Assembly (NCBI GenBank): GCA_049570475.1 | Contig: CP186953.1 | Location: forward strand, 224,001 to 288,000 | Direction of reading: 5' to 3' | Source of the DNA: Candidatus Methanosuratincola verstraetei | GTDB lineage: Archaea; Thermoproteota; Methanomethylicia; Methanomethylicales; Methanomethylicaceae | Length of the DNA stretch: 64,000 nt | Shown: positions 37,481-47,683 of the stretch, one piece after another | Layout of the letters: the number at the start of each line of letters is the position of its first letter | Numbering within the stretch: the stretch's first letter is position 1 | Notes under the pieces: generated by a model | What the model saw: the letters and a program-made list of their open reading frames with translations, nothing else | What the model was told of the DNA's origin: nothing | Database searches by the model: none | Translations under genes and position numbers: made by a program

Positions 37481-38488
37481 TTACATAAAGTTCATGGCAT
37501 AATGGCAAGCCACGAAATGATCTTTGTCTATTTCCTCTAGCCTCGGCTTCTCACGTTTGCACTTGTCGGTTGCGTACTGGCAGCGCGGGTGGAACCTGCA
37601 GCCGGATGGGGGGTTGATAGGGCTGGGAACCTCCCCTGGGAGGAGGATCACGTCCATTTTCCTGGATGGATCGGGAATCGGTACTGCAGAGATCAATGCA
37701 CGAGTATATGGGTGGATTGGATGCTCAAAGTGCTTCTCCGTGGGCGCAGACTCGACAATCTCGCCGAGGTACATAACGACCACGCGGTGGGATATCTGAC
37801 GGACAGAGCTCAGGTCATGGGAGATGTAGAGGTACGATATCCCCAAGTCCTTCTGCAGGTCCATCATGAGGTTAAGTATCTGCGCCCTGATCGAGACGTC
37901 CAATGACGAAACAGGTTCGTCTGCCACAATAAACTTAGGCCCGACCGCGATTGCCCTGGCGATGCAGATCCTCTGCCTCTGACCCCCGCTGAATTCGTGG
38001 GGATATCTCTCGGCATGGTATGGCTCTAGACCGACCATAGAGAGCAGCTTGTAGACCCTGTCCTCCCATTCCTCTTTCGGTATGTGGCGGTGTATCTTAA
38101 ATGGCTCGCTGATTATGTCGTATATCGTCATTCTAGGATCGAGCGAGGCATAGGGGTTCTGGAACACCATCTGCATCGATCTTCTGAGGCGAGACTTTTC
38201 TTCATTGCTCCCCTTTTCGAATGTCTTAAGCACATCAATACCCTCAAATTTGACCTCTCCCGAGGTGGGTTTCTCAAGGTTCAGGATTAGCTTGCCAGTG
38301 GTCGTCTTTCCGCAACCGCTCTCTCCAACTAGCCCGACGGTCTCACCCTTGCGAACCTCGAAGCTTATGTGGTCTACCGCGTGCACGTTGCCAACTACTT
38401 TCTTCATAAATATCCCGCGGGAGTAAACAGGGAAGTACTTAACAAGATCCTTGACTTCTAGCAGTGTCTCCATTGTGCTAGCCTCCAT
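37481..38488 (-). CDS. oppF: Oligopeptide ABC ATP-binding subunit
   Basis: GESGCGKT, FSGGQRQR, ADEPVS, CRFHPRC. Confidence 0.95.
   Translation of the reverse strand: MEASTMETLLEVKDLVKYFPVYSRGIFMKKVVGNVHAVDHISFEVRKGETVGLVGESGCGKTTTGKLILNLEKPTSGEVKFEGIDVLKTFEKGSNEEKSRLRRSMQMVFQNPYASLDPRMTIYDIISEPFKIHRHIPKEEWEDRVYKLLSMVGLEPYHAERYPHEFSGGQRQRICIARAIAVGPKFIVADEPVSSLDVSIRAQILNLMMDLQKDLGISYLYISHDLSSVRQISHRVVVMYLGEIVESAPTEKHFEHPIHPYTRALISAVPIPDPSRKMDVILLPGEVPSPINPPSGCRFHPRCQYATDKCKREKPRLEEIDKDHFVACHYAMNFM
37570..37618. repeat. 49-bp exact direct repeat, copy 1 (in oppF)
   Basis: Identical to 38573-38621. Confidence 0.9.
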
Positions 38489-39452
38489 TAAGCTCGCGCC
38501 AGCGGTGGCACGAGATCATATGGCCGTCCCCAACGTCGATAAGCGGCGGGATCTCATCCTTGCACCGGTCAATTGCGTACTGGCAGCGCGGGTGGAACCT
38601 GCAGCCGGATGGGGGGTTGATCAGGTTCGGTATGTTCCCAGGGATGGAAACCAGCTTCCTAGTCTGGTCTAGCCTCGGCACGGCCTTGAGCAGCGCCTCG
38701 GTGTAGGGGTGCGGCATCTGGAAGATCTGCTCGATGCTTCCGATCTCCATTACATTGCCTGCATAAAGAACTACGACGCACTTGCACATCTGCGTAACAA
38801 TTCCCATGTCATGGGTGATCATCACGAGAGTGAGACCGATATTCTTTTGGAGCTCCATAAGCAGGTTGATTATCTGCGCCTGTATCGTGACGTCTAGATT
38901 AGTAGTCGGCTCATCCGCAAACAGCAGTTCGGGGTTGAGAAGCAGTGCCCTGGCGATGCAGATCCTCTGCTTCATCCCTCCGCTGAACTGGTGCGGGTAG
39001 CGATTCAAGGCTTCTTCAGGATCAGGGAGGCGGACCAGGCTGAGGGCCTTGATCACTTCCTCGGCAGCGTCGCTCTTTTTAACTCCCTTGTGCTGACTCA
39101 CTATTTCGGTTAGTTGTGAACCTATCGTGAACACAGGATTCAAGGAGCTTGTTGGATCTTGGAATATAAGGCTAATTTTTTTCCCGCGGTAAGATCGCAT
39201 CTCATCCTCTTTCTTTGAGAGGATGTCCTCGCCGTTGAAAAATATCTTTCCTCCGATGATCTTGCCAGGTCTCGGGACTATCCGCAAGACTGACTGGGCG
39301 GTCACTGATTTGCCGCTACCGCTCTCGCCCACTAGCCCGACCGTGCACCCCTTTTCTACATTGAAAGTGATGCCGTCGACTGCCTTGACCACACCTGCTT
39401 CTGTGAAAAAGTACGTCTTTAGGTCATTCACCTGCAAAAGATCCATAATCAC
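38478..39452 (-). CDS. oppD: Oligopeptide ABC ATP-binding subunit
   Basis: GESGSGKS, FSGGMKQR, ADEPTT, CRFHPRC. Confidence 0.95.
   Translation of the reverse strand: MIMDLLQVNDLKTYFFTEAGVVKAVDGITFNVEKGCTVGLVGESGSGKSVTAQSVLRIVPRPGKIIGGKIFFNGEDILSKKEDEMRSYRGKKISLIFQDPTSSLNPVFTIGSQLTEIVSQHKGVKKSDAAEEVIKALSLVRLPDPEEALNRYPHQFSGGMKQRICIARALLLNPELLFADEPTTNLDVTIQAQIINLLMELQKNIGLTLVMITHDMGIVTQMCKCVVVLYAGNVMEIGSIEQIFQMPHPYTEALLKAVPRLDQTRKLVSIPGNIPNLINPPSGCRFHPRCQYAIDRCKDEIPPLIDVGDGHMISCHRWRELNGG
38573..38621. repeat. 49-bp exact direct repeat, copy 2 (in oppD)
   Basis: Identical to 37570-37618. Confidence 0.9.
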
Positions 39453-40420
39453 TCCCTCAGCCTCGGGTTCAATGCGTCAGATATTCCGTCGCCCATCAGG
39501 TTGAATGCAAGCACGGTGAAAAAGACCGCAAGCCCTGGGAAGACTTCGGCCCACCAAGTTGTGCTCATATTTTGGAAGCTCTCCTCCATCATCCTCCCCC
39601 AAGTGATTGTGCTTGGATCCCCGAATCCCAAGAAGGACACTACAGCCTCGACCAATACCGCAGAAGCCATCGTGAGCGTGGCGATCACAATAACCTGGGG
39701 CAATATGTTGGGGAAGATGTGCCGGAGCATTATCCACCTTGAATTTGCACCCAAGCTCTTCGCGGCCTGGATAAACTCTTTTTCCTTTAGGGCCAGCACT
39801 TCACCCCTGATGACCCTTGCATTTCCTGCCCATGCAAATACTGCCACAATCACCACGATCATCGTCAGGTTTACTGGTATAGATATCCCCAAAACATTCC
39901 AGAATGGCTCAGGGTTTATCAGTTGGTAAATCCTGGCAAAGACAAGTATAAGCAGCAGTGACGGGAAAACAAGGAACACCTCAGTTATGCGCATCAGCAA
40001 ATCATCGATTTTACCCCCCAAGTACCCGGACGATATTCCGACCACCACGGTGATCAACATGGCTATCAGCGTGGTCCCTATTGCAACATACAAGGTGTAG
40101 ACTGTCCCGTGAACCACTTCGCTAAACACGTCGTTCCCTATTATGGTTGTGCCAAATGGATGCTTCCACGAAGGGGGCTGCCCAGCCTCCCCCTCATAAA
40201 GGGGTAGGAAAGCATTAGGGTCCGGCCTTGCAGGATAGGGAGCGATGAAAGAGTGGAATATTGCTACCAGTATAAGGGCGACAACCATTCCAAGCCCCAA
40301 TAGACCCGATTTGTGCTTCTTGAACCTGCGCCAGGCGACAGCCCACTGGCTAGCCGAGCGCCTTTCTTGGCCTTTGCGACTGCCCCTTTTCCTGAGAGCT
40401 AGACTCACCATATCGTTCAC
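39449..40420 (-). CDS. oppC: Oligopeptide ABC permease
   Basis: HPFGT, FIQAAKSLGA, SFLGFG, FNLMGDG. Confidence 0.95.
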   Translation of the reverse strand: MNDMVSLALRKRGSRKGQERRSASQWAVAWRRFKKHKSGLLGLGMVVALILVAIFHSFIAPYPARPDPNAFLPLYEGEAGQPPSWKHPFGTTIIGNDVFSEVVHGTVYTLYVAIGTTLIAMLITVVVGISSGYLGGKIDDLLMRITEVFLVFPSLLLILVFARIYQLINPEPFWNVLGISIPVNLTMIVVIVAVFAWAGNARVIRGEVLALKEKEFIQAAKSLGANSRWIMLRHIFPNILPQVIVIATLTMASAVLVEAVVSFLGFGDPSTITWGRMMEESFQNMSTTWWAEVFPGLAVFFTVLAFNLMGDGISDALNPRLRE

Positions 40421-41410
40421 CTAATCTATCGATATCCGCGGATCTATCGCGGCGTATGAAATGTCAGTTATCAGGTTAGCCACAAGGATCATTATCGTGA
40501 TGATCATAGTGATCCCCATGATCAGGGGGAAGTCAAGCCTCGAGGCTGCCGTAACGTAGGCACGACCGAGCCCCGGCCAGCTGAATACCGTTTCAGTGGC
40601 AGGGGCGCCAGCGATGGCAAAGCCGATGGACATGCCCAGCAGGGTTATCAAAGGCATTATTGCATTCTTCAGTGCGTACTTTAGGAGGATCTTCCGCTCG
40701 GGTATGCCGCTCGCCCTTGCTGCCATTATGTAGTCCTGCCTAAGCACCTCGAGCATCCCTGCCCTGAGAAGCCGTGTGTTGTAAGCAAGACCAGCCAAGG
40801 TCAAAACAGTGGCGGGCATCGCAAGATGTGCCAGCTCGTCCAGAAATGGATTCTGGATCCCGAATACAGGCCAGAGCTGCGGTGCGCCGTGAGCGCCTGC
40901 AGAAGGCAACCAACCAAGTTGGTACGAGAACACCAGGATGAATATGATGCCCAGGAAGAAGACCGGGAATGACACGCCTGCAATCGATATGCCTGAGAAA
41001 ATGTAATCGAACCAGGATCTCTGCTTGACTGCAGAGTAAACCCCAATCGGTATAGAGATTGCGAATGCAAGCAGTATCGAGACAAGCTGGAGCTTCAGAG
41101 TCTCCCAGAAGTAGATAGATATTATCTCATTCACAGGCTTGCCGCCATAAAGGGACTTCCCGAAGTCGAAATGAAGGAAGTGATCAAGCCAGCGTAAATA
41201 TTGAACAGGTATGGGGTCGTTCAGCCCATAATACTCCCTCAAGAACTGCCTTTGAGCCTCAGTGATGCTGGGGTTCCCAGCTGTCGCTATCTGTATCGGG
41301 TCACCCGCTGCGTACATCACAAGGAAGACAACGATCGATATCCCAAGAATGAGAGGTATCATGTACAGTAGTCGTCTTATGACATACTTTGCAAGACCCA
41401 TACCAATCAC
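40421..41410 (-). CDS. oppB: Oligopeptide ABC permease
   Basis: GLNDPIPVQY, DFGKS, DYIMAARASG, ETVFSWPGLG, DPRI. Confidence 0.95.
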   Translation of the reverse strand: MIGMGLAKYVIRRLLYMIPLILGISIVVFLVMYAAGDPIQIATAGNPSITEAQRQFLREYYGLNDPIPVQYLRWLDHFLHFDFGKSLYGGKPVNEIISIYFWETLKLQLVSILLAFAISIPIGVYSAVKQRSWFDYIFSGISIAGVSFPVFFLGIIFILVFSYQLGWLPSAGAHGAPQLWPVFGIQNPFLDELAHLAMPATVLTLAGLAYNTRLLRAGMLEVLRQDYIMAARASGIPERKILLKYALKNAIMPLITLLGMSIGFAIAGAPATETVFSWPGLGRAYVTAASRLDFPLIMGITMIITIMILVANLITDISYAAIDPRISID

Positions 41411-41429
41411 CGATTGATAATTTCTATTA

Positions 41430-41744
41430 CTATTTAAGGTTATCTTGGGAACTTTCCACTATTTTTGCCTTGAGCTTTTCAATAACATCTCTACCAGCAC
41501 CTCTTATCAAAACGGATTTGCTCCGATCAAACTTGCCCCTGAAAATTACGATCGAAGAAGAGCCGACTCCGAGAGACTTTGAAAGTTGCTTTAAGACAGA
41601 AACATTTGCCCTCCCCTGCTCTGCTTTTTCCTTAGTCTCCACCACCAGAAGATCCCCTTCGATCGAAATCGAATCTTTTTTTGAATTTGGCTTCACCAGG
41701 ATGTCCAGGATTATCCCATCTTTGGTCTCTCTCAAAGTGCCCAC
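41430..41744 (-). CDS. DUF167/YggU family protein
   Basis: VKPNSK, GRAN, RSKSV. Confidence 0.88.
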   Translation of the reverse strand: MGTLRETKDGIILDILVKPNSKKDSISIEGDLLVVETKEKAEQGRANVSVLKQLSKSLGVGSSSIVIFRGKFDRSKSVLIRGAGRDVIEKLKAKIVESSQDNLK

Positions 41745-41849
41745 TAAAGAAGCAATCGTTTTGATTGGTTAAATATTTTCGGCTATTTTCAGGACGAATG
41801 GCGCTCGAAACATTAAAAACCTTTGAGGAGCAAGTATCTCTGTGGTTTT

Positions 41850-42116
41850 ATGGGGAGCTGCAAAGGATGCAAATGGTGGAGGCCGGACTACTTCTTTGAC
41901 AGTCTGGGCGAGTGCGAAAAGAAGACCGGCATACATCCAGAAAACAAGGCTTCCTGCGAGATGTTTGAGGAGAAATCGGAGACTGAATTCTGCTGGTGCA
42001 GGGACTGCAGGGTCACTTTCCATGCCTCGGAGAGGGATCTCCACAGGGGGCACAACTTCTTCTGCAGGACCAGGGTCGACTCGGACTCCCACGAATACAC
42101 GAGCACGGGGGACTGA
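41850..42116 (+). CDS. Small Cys/His-rich metal-binding protein
   Basis: CKGCKWW...C...C, CWCRDC...H..H; heads the OFOR operon. Confidence 0.7.
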   Translation: MGSCKGCKWWRPDYFFDSLGECEKKTGIHPENKASCEMFEEKSETEFCWCRDCRVTFHASERDLHRGHNFFCRTRVDSDSHEYTSTGD

Positions 42117-42124
42117 CAGTCAAC

Positions 42125-44017
42125 ATGGACCTTAACCTAATAGTCGGAGGGCCTCAGGGAGGAGGCATCGAGACCGCAGGTATGCTCGCGGTGAGGGCCC
42201 TCGCAATGCACGGTCTAGAGGTTTTCGCCGACCGGGAATACCACTCAAATATAAAGGGTAAGCACAGCTACTCGCACATAAGGGCATCGTACAGACCGAT
42301 CAATAGCATAAAATATCCCGTCGACTTTGTCGGGGCCCTTGACATCGAAACCATTGCCACGCACTATAAGGATCTGGGACCTGGCGGCGTACTCATACAC
42401 GACGCCTCCTTACTCGACAAACCACTCACAAAGCTGCCCCCTATGGAAAAGGAGAGGCTTGAGAGGCTGAAAGCGGAATTGGAGAGGGAAAAGATAGGCA
42501 ACACGGTCAAGGAGCTGGACGAATGGCTTGAAAAAAATGGAAGAACGGTTCTTCCATTCCCCTTCTTAGGGATGATCACAGAGAAGGCCAAACTGGCTTC
42601 TCCAATGATAGAGAGGGCTATGAACACTGCCATGACAACCGCGCTCCTGCGGGGCGCAGGGATGCCTCTGGACGCTATACTCGAGGCAATTGATTCGCTC
42701 TTCATGGAAAAAGCAGAGGCGAGGGAATTGAACAGGGCGGTTGCGGTTGCGGTCAGTGATGGCTTCGACGAGATCGCTGGAACCAAGGGCACAGGCAAAA
42801 AAGGAACGGTTGGAAAAGGACCTGCCCGAGGGAAGAGGATGCTTGTCGCCGGGAACGACGCTGTTGCGATAGGGAAGCTGATTGGCGGGCTGAGGCTGCA
42901 GACATATTACCCCATAACACCTGCAGCTGATGAGTCGTTCGTAATAGAGCAGCACTCGAACCTTTTCGGTCCAGAGGGCGAAATAGTAGGATCGCCGATT
43001 GTGATACAGGCCGAGGACGAGATCTCTGCGATCTGCATGGCGATTGGGGGGGCGCTGACTGGCGCCAGGGCTGCGACATGCACGAGCGGACCAGGCTTCT
43101 CGCTGATGGTCGAGGGGATAGGGTGGGCAGGAATAAATGAGGTCCCGGTGGTGATCACATATTACCAGAGGGGGGGTCCGTCGACGGGCCTGCCGACCCG
43201 GCATAGCCAGTCGGATCTTCTCTTCGCCATCAACTCTGGGCACGGCGAGTTTCAAAGGATCGTACTGGCATCTGGCAGCCACGAGGAGACCCTGGACGAC
43301 GCCGTGAAGTGCATGGACTATGCTGAGAGGTATCAAGTCCCAGTGATCCACCTCCTCGACAAAGGGATAGCCAACTGTGTGACCACAATCAATCCCCCGA
43401 CATTAAGAAGGATAGACCGGGGTAAACGGATTTTGAAAGGGGTTTTGGAGTACAGGAGGTTTGCTTTTGACAGCGATCCCGTTTCCCCAAGGGCATTCCT
43501 TGGCGAAGAACTGATGTGGTACACCGGGGACGAGCACGATGAGTCAGGCCACATCTCGGAGGATCCTGAGAACAGGAGGAGGATGTATGAAAAGAGGATG
43601 TCGAAGATGGAAAAGATCCTTAAAGAAGCCCCGGACGGGGACAAGGCAGTCCTGTTTGGCGACGACAACTTTGAAGACCTTCTGGTCACATGGGGCGTGA
43701 CGACAGGGGCTGCGGTGGACGCTCTGCCAGAGCTGCAGGCAGCCGGTTCCAAATTGGCGGTCCTTCAGGTGAGGATGATTGAACCATTCCCTGTCGACAT
43801 TGTGTCGAAGTACGTCTCGAAGGCTAAGAGGGTGATAGGTCTAGAGGCGAACTACATAGGGCAGCTCGCAGAGCTCATCGGGTGGAAGACTGGCGTGAAG
43901 GTCAAGAACAGGATCTTGAAATACACAGGGAGGCTGATAACGCAAGACGAGGTCGTCAGCGCCTACATGCGCATAAAGGGCGGCGAGGAGAGGGTCGTCC
44001 TCACAGGAGGCGAGTAG
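42125..44017 (+). CDS. 2-oxoacid:ferredoxin oxidoreductase alpha(+gamma) subunit
   Basis: GGPQGGG, YYPITPA, QAEDE, TSGPGFSLM, RGGPSTG. Confidence 0.95.
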   Translation: MDLNLIVGGPQGGGIETAGMLAVRALAMHGLEVFADREYHSNIKGKHSYSHIRASYRPINSIKYPVDFVGALDIETIATHYKDLGPGGVLIHDASLLDKPLTKLPPMEKERLERLKAELEREKIGNTVKELDEWLEKNGRTVLPFPFLGMITEKAKLASPMIERAMNTAMTTALLRGAGMPLDAILEAIDSLFMEKAEARELNRAVAVAVSDGFDEIAGTKGTGKKGTVGKGPARGKRMLVAGNDAVAIGKLIGGLRLQTYYPITPAADESFVIEQHSNLFGPEGEIVGSPIVIQAEDEISAICMAIGGALTGARAATCTSGPGFSLMVEGIGWAGINEVPVVITYYQRGGPSTGLPTRHSQSDLLFAINSGHGEFQRIVLASGSHEETLDDAVKCMDYAERYQVPVIHLLDKGIANCVTTINPPTLRRIDRGKRILKGVLEYRRFAFDSDPVSPRAFLGEELMWYTGDEHDESGHISEDPENRRRMYEKRMSKMEKILKEAPDGDKAVLFGDDNFEDLLVTWGVTTGAAVDALPELQAAGSKLAVLQVRMIEPFPVDIVSKYVSKAKRVIGLEANYIGQLAELIGWKTGVKVKNRILKYTGRLITQDEVVSAYMRIKGGEERVVLTGGE

Positions 44018-44018
44018 G

Positions 44019-44924
44019 ATGTCAATGGACTGGAACAGTGGAGTCTGGCCTGACTGGTGCCCCGGCTGCGGGAACTTTGGGATCTTCACCGCGCTCAAAG
44101 GGGCGCTCTCTGAGCTGGGGATTAGCAGGGAAAAAATGGTCCTGGTCTCGGGAATAGGGTGCAGCGGCAAGATCCCGCACTTTGTCAAAGTACCAGGTGT
44201 GCATACGCTCCACGGCAGGGCAATACCTTTCGCCACCGGCATAAAAGCCTCAAACCCTGATTTGAAGGTGATCGTCCACGGAGGTGACGGCGACCTCCTC
44301 GGGATAGGAATGGGACACCTGATAGCAATGGGGAGGAGGAACCCAGAGATACTCGTCGTGGTTCACAACAACGGCGTCTATGGGCTTACAAAGGGGCAGG
44401 CATCACCTACGCTGCAGTTGGGGAAAAAGACGAAATCGCTGGCATTCCCTAACATAAACAGCGCTGTGAACCCGATCCTGCTCGGAATTGCGTCCGGTTA
44501 TACATTCTTGGCCAGGAGCTATGCATACAACATCGATCACCTGAAGTCGTGCCTGAAGCAAGGGATTTCCCACAGCGGCGCAGGCATCCTCGAGGTGATC
44601 CAGCCCTGTCCGACATGGAACAATATAGTCACGATGGACTGGGTCGAAAAGAACACGTACTACCTCAAGGACTGGGACCCGGTTGTGAAGGACGACGAGG
44701 ACGCCGTCAAGAAGGCACAGGGGATCATCGGCATAGAGTCGGGCGAGAAGAAGGCCCTCGGAACCATACTTATCGACAGGCGAAAAGACCCGTTCGGAAA
44801 AAGGCTCGCATCAATCTACAAGCACTATGCTGCTGAGCCCCCTGCCACCCAACAATTGGAGAAAGGCGGCGCGCCATTGCCGATCGATCTTGAGAAGACA
44901 TTCCAGAAATTCTATATTCACTAA
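44019..44924 (+). CDS. 2-oxoacid:ferredoxin oxidoreductase beta subunit
   Basis: WCPGCG, SGIGCS, HGRA, GGDGD, NNGVYGLTKGQ. Confidence 0.95.
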   Translation: MSMDWNSGVWPDWCPGCGNFGIFTALKGALSELGISREKMVLVSGIGCSGKIPHFVKVPGVHTLHGRAIPFATGIKASNPDLKVIVHGGDGDLLGIGMGHLIAMGRRNPEILVVVHNNGVYGLTKGQASPTLQLGKKTKSLAFPNINSAVNPILLGIASGYTFLARSYAYNIDHLKSCLKQGISHSGAGILEVIQPCPTWNNIVTMDWVEKNTYYLKDWDPVVKDDEDAVKKAQGIIGIESGEKKALGTILIDRRKDPFGKRLASIYKHYAAEPPATQQLEKGGAPLPIDLEKTFQKFYIH

Positions 44925-44970
44925 CACTTCCATTTTTATGTGTTTGGTACAAGACATTGGTGGGATATTT

Positions 44971-46038
44971 TTGGATCATGTTGGAGACGCGTACCCTAAA
45001 CTCCGCGCTGCAGGAGTCCAGGCATCTCCTGTATTTCTGAACCGTGATGCCACAATCGAGAAGATGGAAGGATTAGTGTCGGAGGCCGCAGGGAAGGGGG
45101 CAGACCTCGTGGTATTCGGGGAGAGCTTTGTGCCCGCATTCCCCCTTTGGAACATGGTTTATCCGCCGATGGATCAGCAAATCTTCTTCCGGCGTCTCTT
45201 CGACAACGCCCTGGAGATCCCAAGCCCTCAATTCGAAAAGATCGCCGGAATCGCAAGGGAGAACAAAGTGTTCCTCTCGGTGGGCGTCACCGAGAAAGCC
45301 CCCTACAGCATGGGCACCATGTGGAACTCCAATCTGCTATTTGACAGGACGGGAAGGCTAGTAAACCACAGGAGAAAGCTAGTCCCTACATGGGCCGAAA
45401 AACTTACCTGGGCCAACGGAGATGCCGAAGGGCTAGAGCCCGCAAGGACCGAGATCGGCAGGATCGGGGTGCTCATCTGCGGCGAAAACACAAACCCGCT
45501 TGCGAGGTACGCGATGCTCGCGCAGGGCGAGCAGATCCATATTGCGACTTACCCGCCTGCTTTCCCGTTCAAGCGCCCGGGTGCTTCGGATAACTATGAT
45601 CTGACAGAGGCCATCAGGATCAGGTCAGCAGCCCATTCCTTCGAGGGGAAGGTTTTCAACATCGTCGTATCATGCGCTCTGGACGAAAGTTCAATCGAGG
45701 GGCTTTCGATGGGAAACGAAGAAGTCAGAGAGATCCTTGAGAAGACGCCAAGAGCAGCCACCATGATGCTGGGCCCACAAGGGGAGCATCTATGCGATCC
45801 ACTCGTCGGGAAGGAAGGGACAATCACTGCAGAAATAGACGTTTCAAGGAGCATAGAGCACAAGCAGGTTCACGATATCGTTGGGTATTACAACAGGTTC
45901 GACATTTTTAGGCTTGAGCTAGACAAGTCCCCAAGACGGCCTGTGTGGATCAGGGACATACCTGTGAGGAAACAAAAGGATTGTGAGCACGAGGAAACAA
46001 ACGAAGTGGGCGCTGAAGGTGTCCAGGACGACTTTTGA
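44971..46038 (+). CDS. Nitrilase (carbon-nitrogen hydrolase branch 1-like)
   Basis: E-K-C triad: VVFGES, HRRKLVPT, LICGEN; DIVGYYNRFD. Confidence 0.9.
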   Translation: MDHVGDAYPKLRAAGVQASPVFLNRDATIEKMEGLVSEAAGKGADLVVFGESFVPAFPLWNMVYPPMDQQIFFRRLFDNALEIPSPQFEKIAGIARENKVFLSVGVTEKAPYSMGTMWNSNLLFDRTGRLVNHRRKLVPTWAEKLTWANGDAEGLEPARTEIGRIGVLICGENTNPLARYAMLAQGEQIHIATYPPAFPFKRPGASDNYDLTEAIRIRSAAHSFEGKVFNIVVSCALDESSIEGLSMGNEEVREILEKTPRAATMMLGPQGEHLCDPLVGKEGTITAEIDVSRSIEHKQVHDIVGYYNRFDIFRLELDKSPRRPVWIRDIPVRKQKDCEHEETNEVGAEGVQDDF

Positions 46039-46119
46039 TTGACGGGCATGCAGGGGCAGTCCTCTAGAGAGACGGGCAGTCTTAATTCATCAGTTTGAGC
46101 CTTGATCCGGCAGTAAGCA

Positions 46120-47217
46120 CTACAGCGGCAATGACTTCTGCTTAATCTTGACCGCGTTGTATTCGCAGACCTCATAGCAAGCATAGCACCTGATGCACTT
46201 CGAATCATCCACCTCAGGGTACTCTGCCATCTCGATTGCCCCCTCGGGGCAGATCCCAGCGCATTCACCGCACTTTACGCAACGTTTTTTGTCAAAGTAG
46301 ATTCGGGGGACTAATCGCTTGACCACAGATCCAAGCTTCAGGGAAAGGCCCTGGAGGAACGTTGAGGGCATCTTGAATTCGTAGTTTGGAAGCGGGCCCC
46401 CAACCAAATCGATCTCATCCTCGCTCGAGGGCCCTATCCCGCGGCGCGCCCCCTCCCTCACATACGGCACGCAAAGCGGATCGATGCCAGCCATCCTGAA
46501 TGCGACCATATCAAGCGCCAGCGCATCCCTGCTCGCAAGTATTTTTGAAATGCGCTGGGCTCTGCCGAATGACGGGCCGTTACCGTCCATGCAGACTATC
46601 GCGTCCATGAGGTTGAGGGAGACTCTGTCTCGGATGTATGAATACACATCAATTATTGCCTTTGCCATCTTTTCCGGCGTATTGCCTATGGTATGGAGCT
46701 TCGACTTGCTCGCCCCCTGTATGCAGCCGAAGGACAAATTCTTCACGGCGCCAGTCATGACGGTCTGGACGTGCGTCTTAAGCTTGGGGGCATTTATGAT
46801 GCTGTGCTCCAGAACGTGCTTCGAGAAGGGGATGGAGTCTACAAGCTCGCCTTTGATTTGTATGACCTCGGGAGGCTGCCCCTCAAAATCCAGGAATTCC
46901 CCTCCAGCCTCCAGAATAGCCTTCATCATGCCTGTGCCCTCGAAGACCGCCCTTGACTTTCCGGGGTACGCGTTCCCTGGCGAATCCCCGACGCAGGCCC
47001 GGCAGCCCCTCTCCCTAAGAAGCCCTATCAATGCCGAAACTATGCCGGGGTCGGTCGTCACCCCTTCTTCTGCTGTCTTTGAGTTGAGCATGTTAGGCTT
47101 GATCAGGTAGCTTGATCCTACCTCTGGAGCCCAGCCCAAAGAGTCGAGCGCGCCTCTGACTGCGGAAAAGTAATTGCCTGAGAAGTCTAAAACTGCCACT
47201 TGGTACCTCAAGATCAA
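46120..47217 (-). CDS. DUF362 domain protein with C-terminal 2x[4Fe-4S] ferredoxin
   Basis: IKPN, PKLKTH, TGAVKN, DGNGP; two CxxCxxCxxxC motifs. Confidence 0.92.
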   Translation of the reverse strand: MILRYQVAVLDFSGNYFSAVRGALDSLGWAPEVGSSYLIKPNMLNSKTAEEGVTTDPGIVSALIGLLRERGCRACVGDSPGNAYPGKSRAVFEGTGMMKAILEAGGEFLDFEGQPPEVIQIKGELVDSIPFSKHVLEHSIINAPKLKTHVQTVMTGAVKNLSFGCIQGASKSKLHTIGNTPEKMAKAIIDVYSYIRDRVSLNLMDAIVCMDGNGPSFGRAQRISKILASRDALALDMVAFRMAGIDPLCVPYVREGARRGIGPSSEDEIDLVGGPLPNYEFKMPSTFLQGLSLKLGSVVKRLVPRIYFDKKRCVKCGECAGICPEGAIEMAEYPEVDDSKCIRCYACYEVCEYNAVKIKQKSLPL

Positions 47218-47274
47218 GATCTCCGAAGCTTTCCTGATAAAAAGGGGAAAAAATGGAAAGATTTAACGGTTTTC

Positions 47275-47487
47275 CTAAGCCGTCACCCGATGCCGCTGCA
47301 CAACGTAAATCTTCTTGCGCATGTCCTTCCAATCCGGAATCTCTTTTATCATGCCCCTTTCCCTGAGGGACTTTATTGCGTATTTCACCGTTCGGGGAGG
47401 GATGGAAGTCTTATTCCGTATGTCGCTCTGAGTTGCGGGACCTTCTGAGGCTATAATTTCGAGAACTTTGGCGACTGTGCAAGGCAG
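47275..47487 (-). CDS. Small winged-helix (MarR-like) protein without a canonical start
   Basis: LPCTVAKVLEIIASEGPATQSDIRNKTSIPPRTVKYAIKSLRERGMIKEIPDWKDMRKKIY; absent from ORF track. Confidence 0.7.
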   Translation of the reverse strand: MPCTVAKVLEIIASEGPATQSDIRNKTSIPPRTVKYAIKSLRERGMIKEIPDWKDMRKKIYVVQRHRVTA

Positions 47488-47683
47488 CTGCCTAGCAAAC
47501 TAAATCCCCCATTTTCCAGACCTCATGATTTGAGGGATTTTTTCCGCTTAAAAGGATTATGTTTGGTGCAAAGATGATCTTCGAATCTGATCTCTGAAAT
47601 CCTACCGCTCATGGAGGGCAATCGATCCTGGATCATGCTTATTGACGGAAAAATCACTGGCACAAGCAACAATGGCAAATTTT

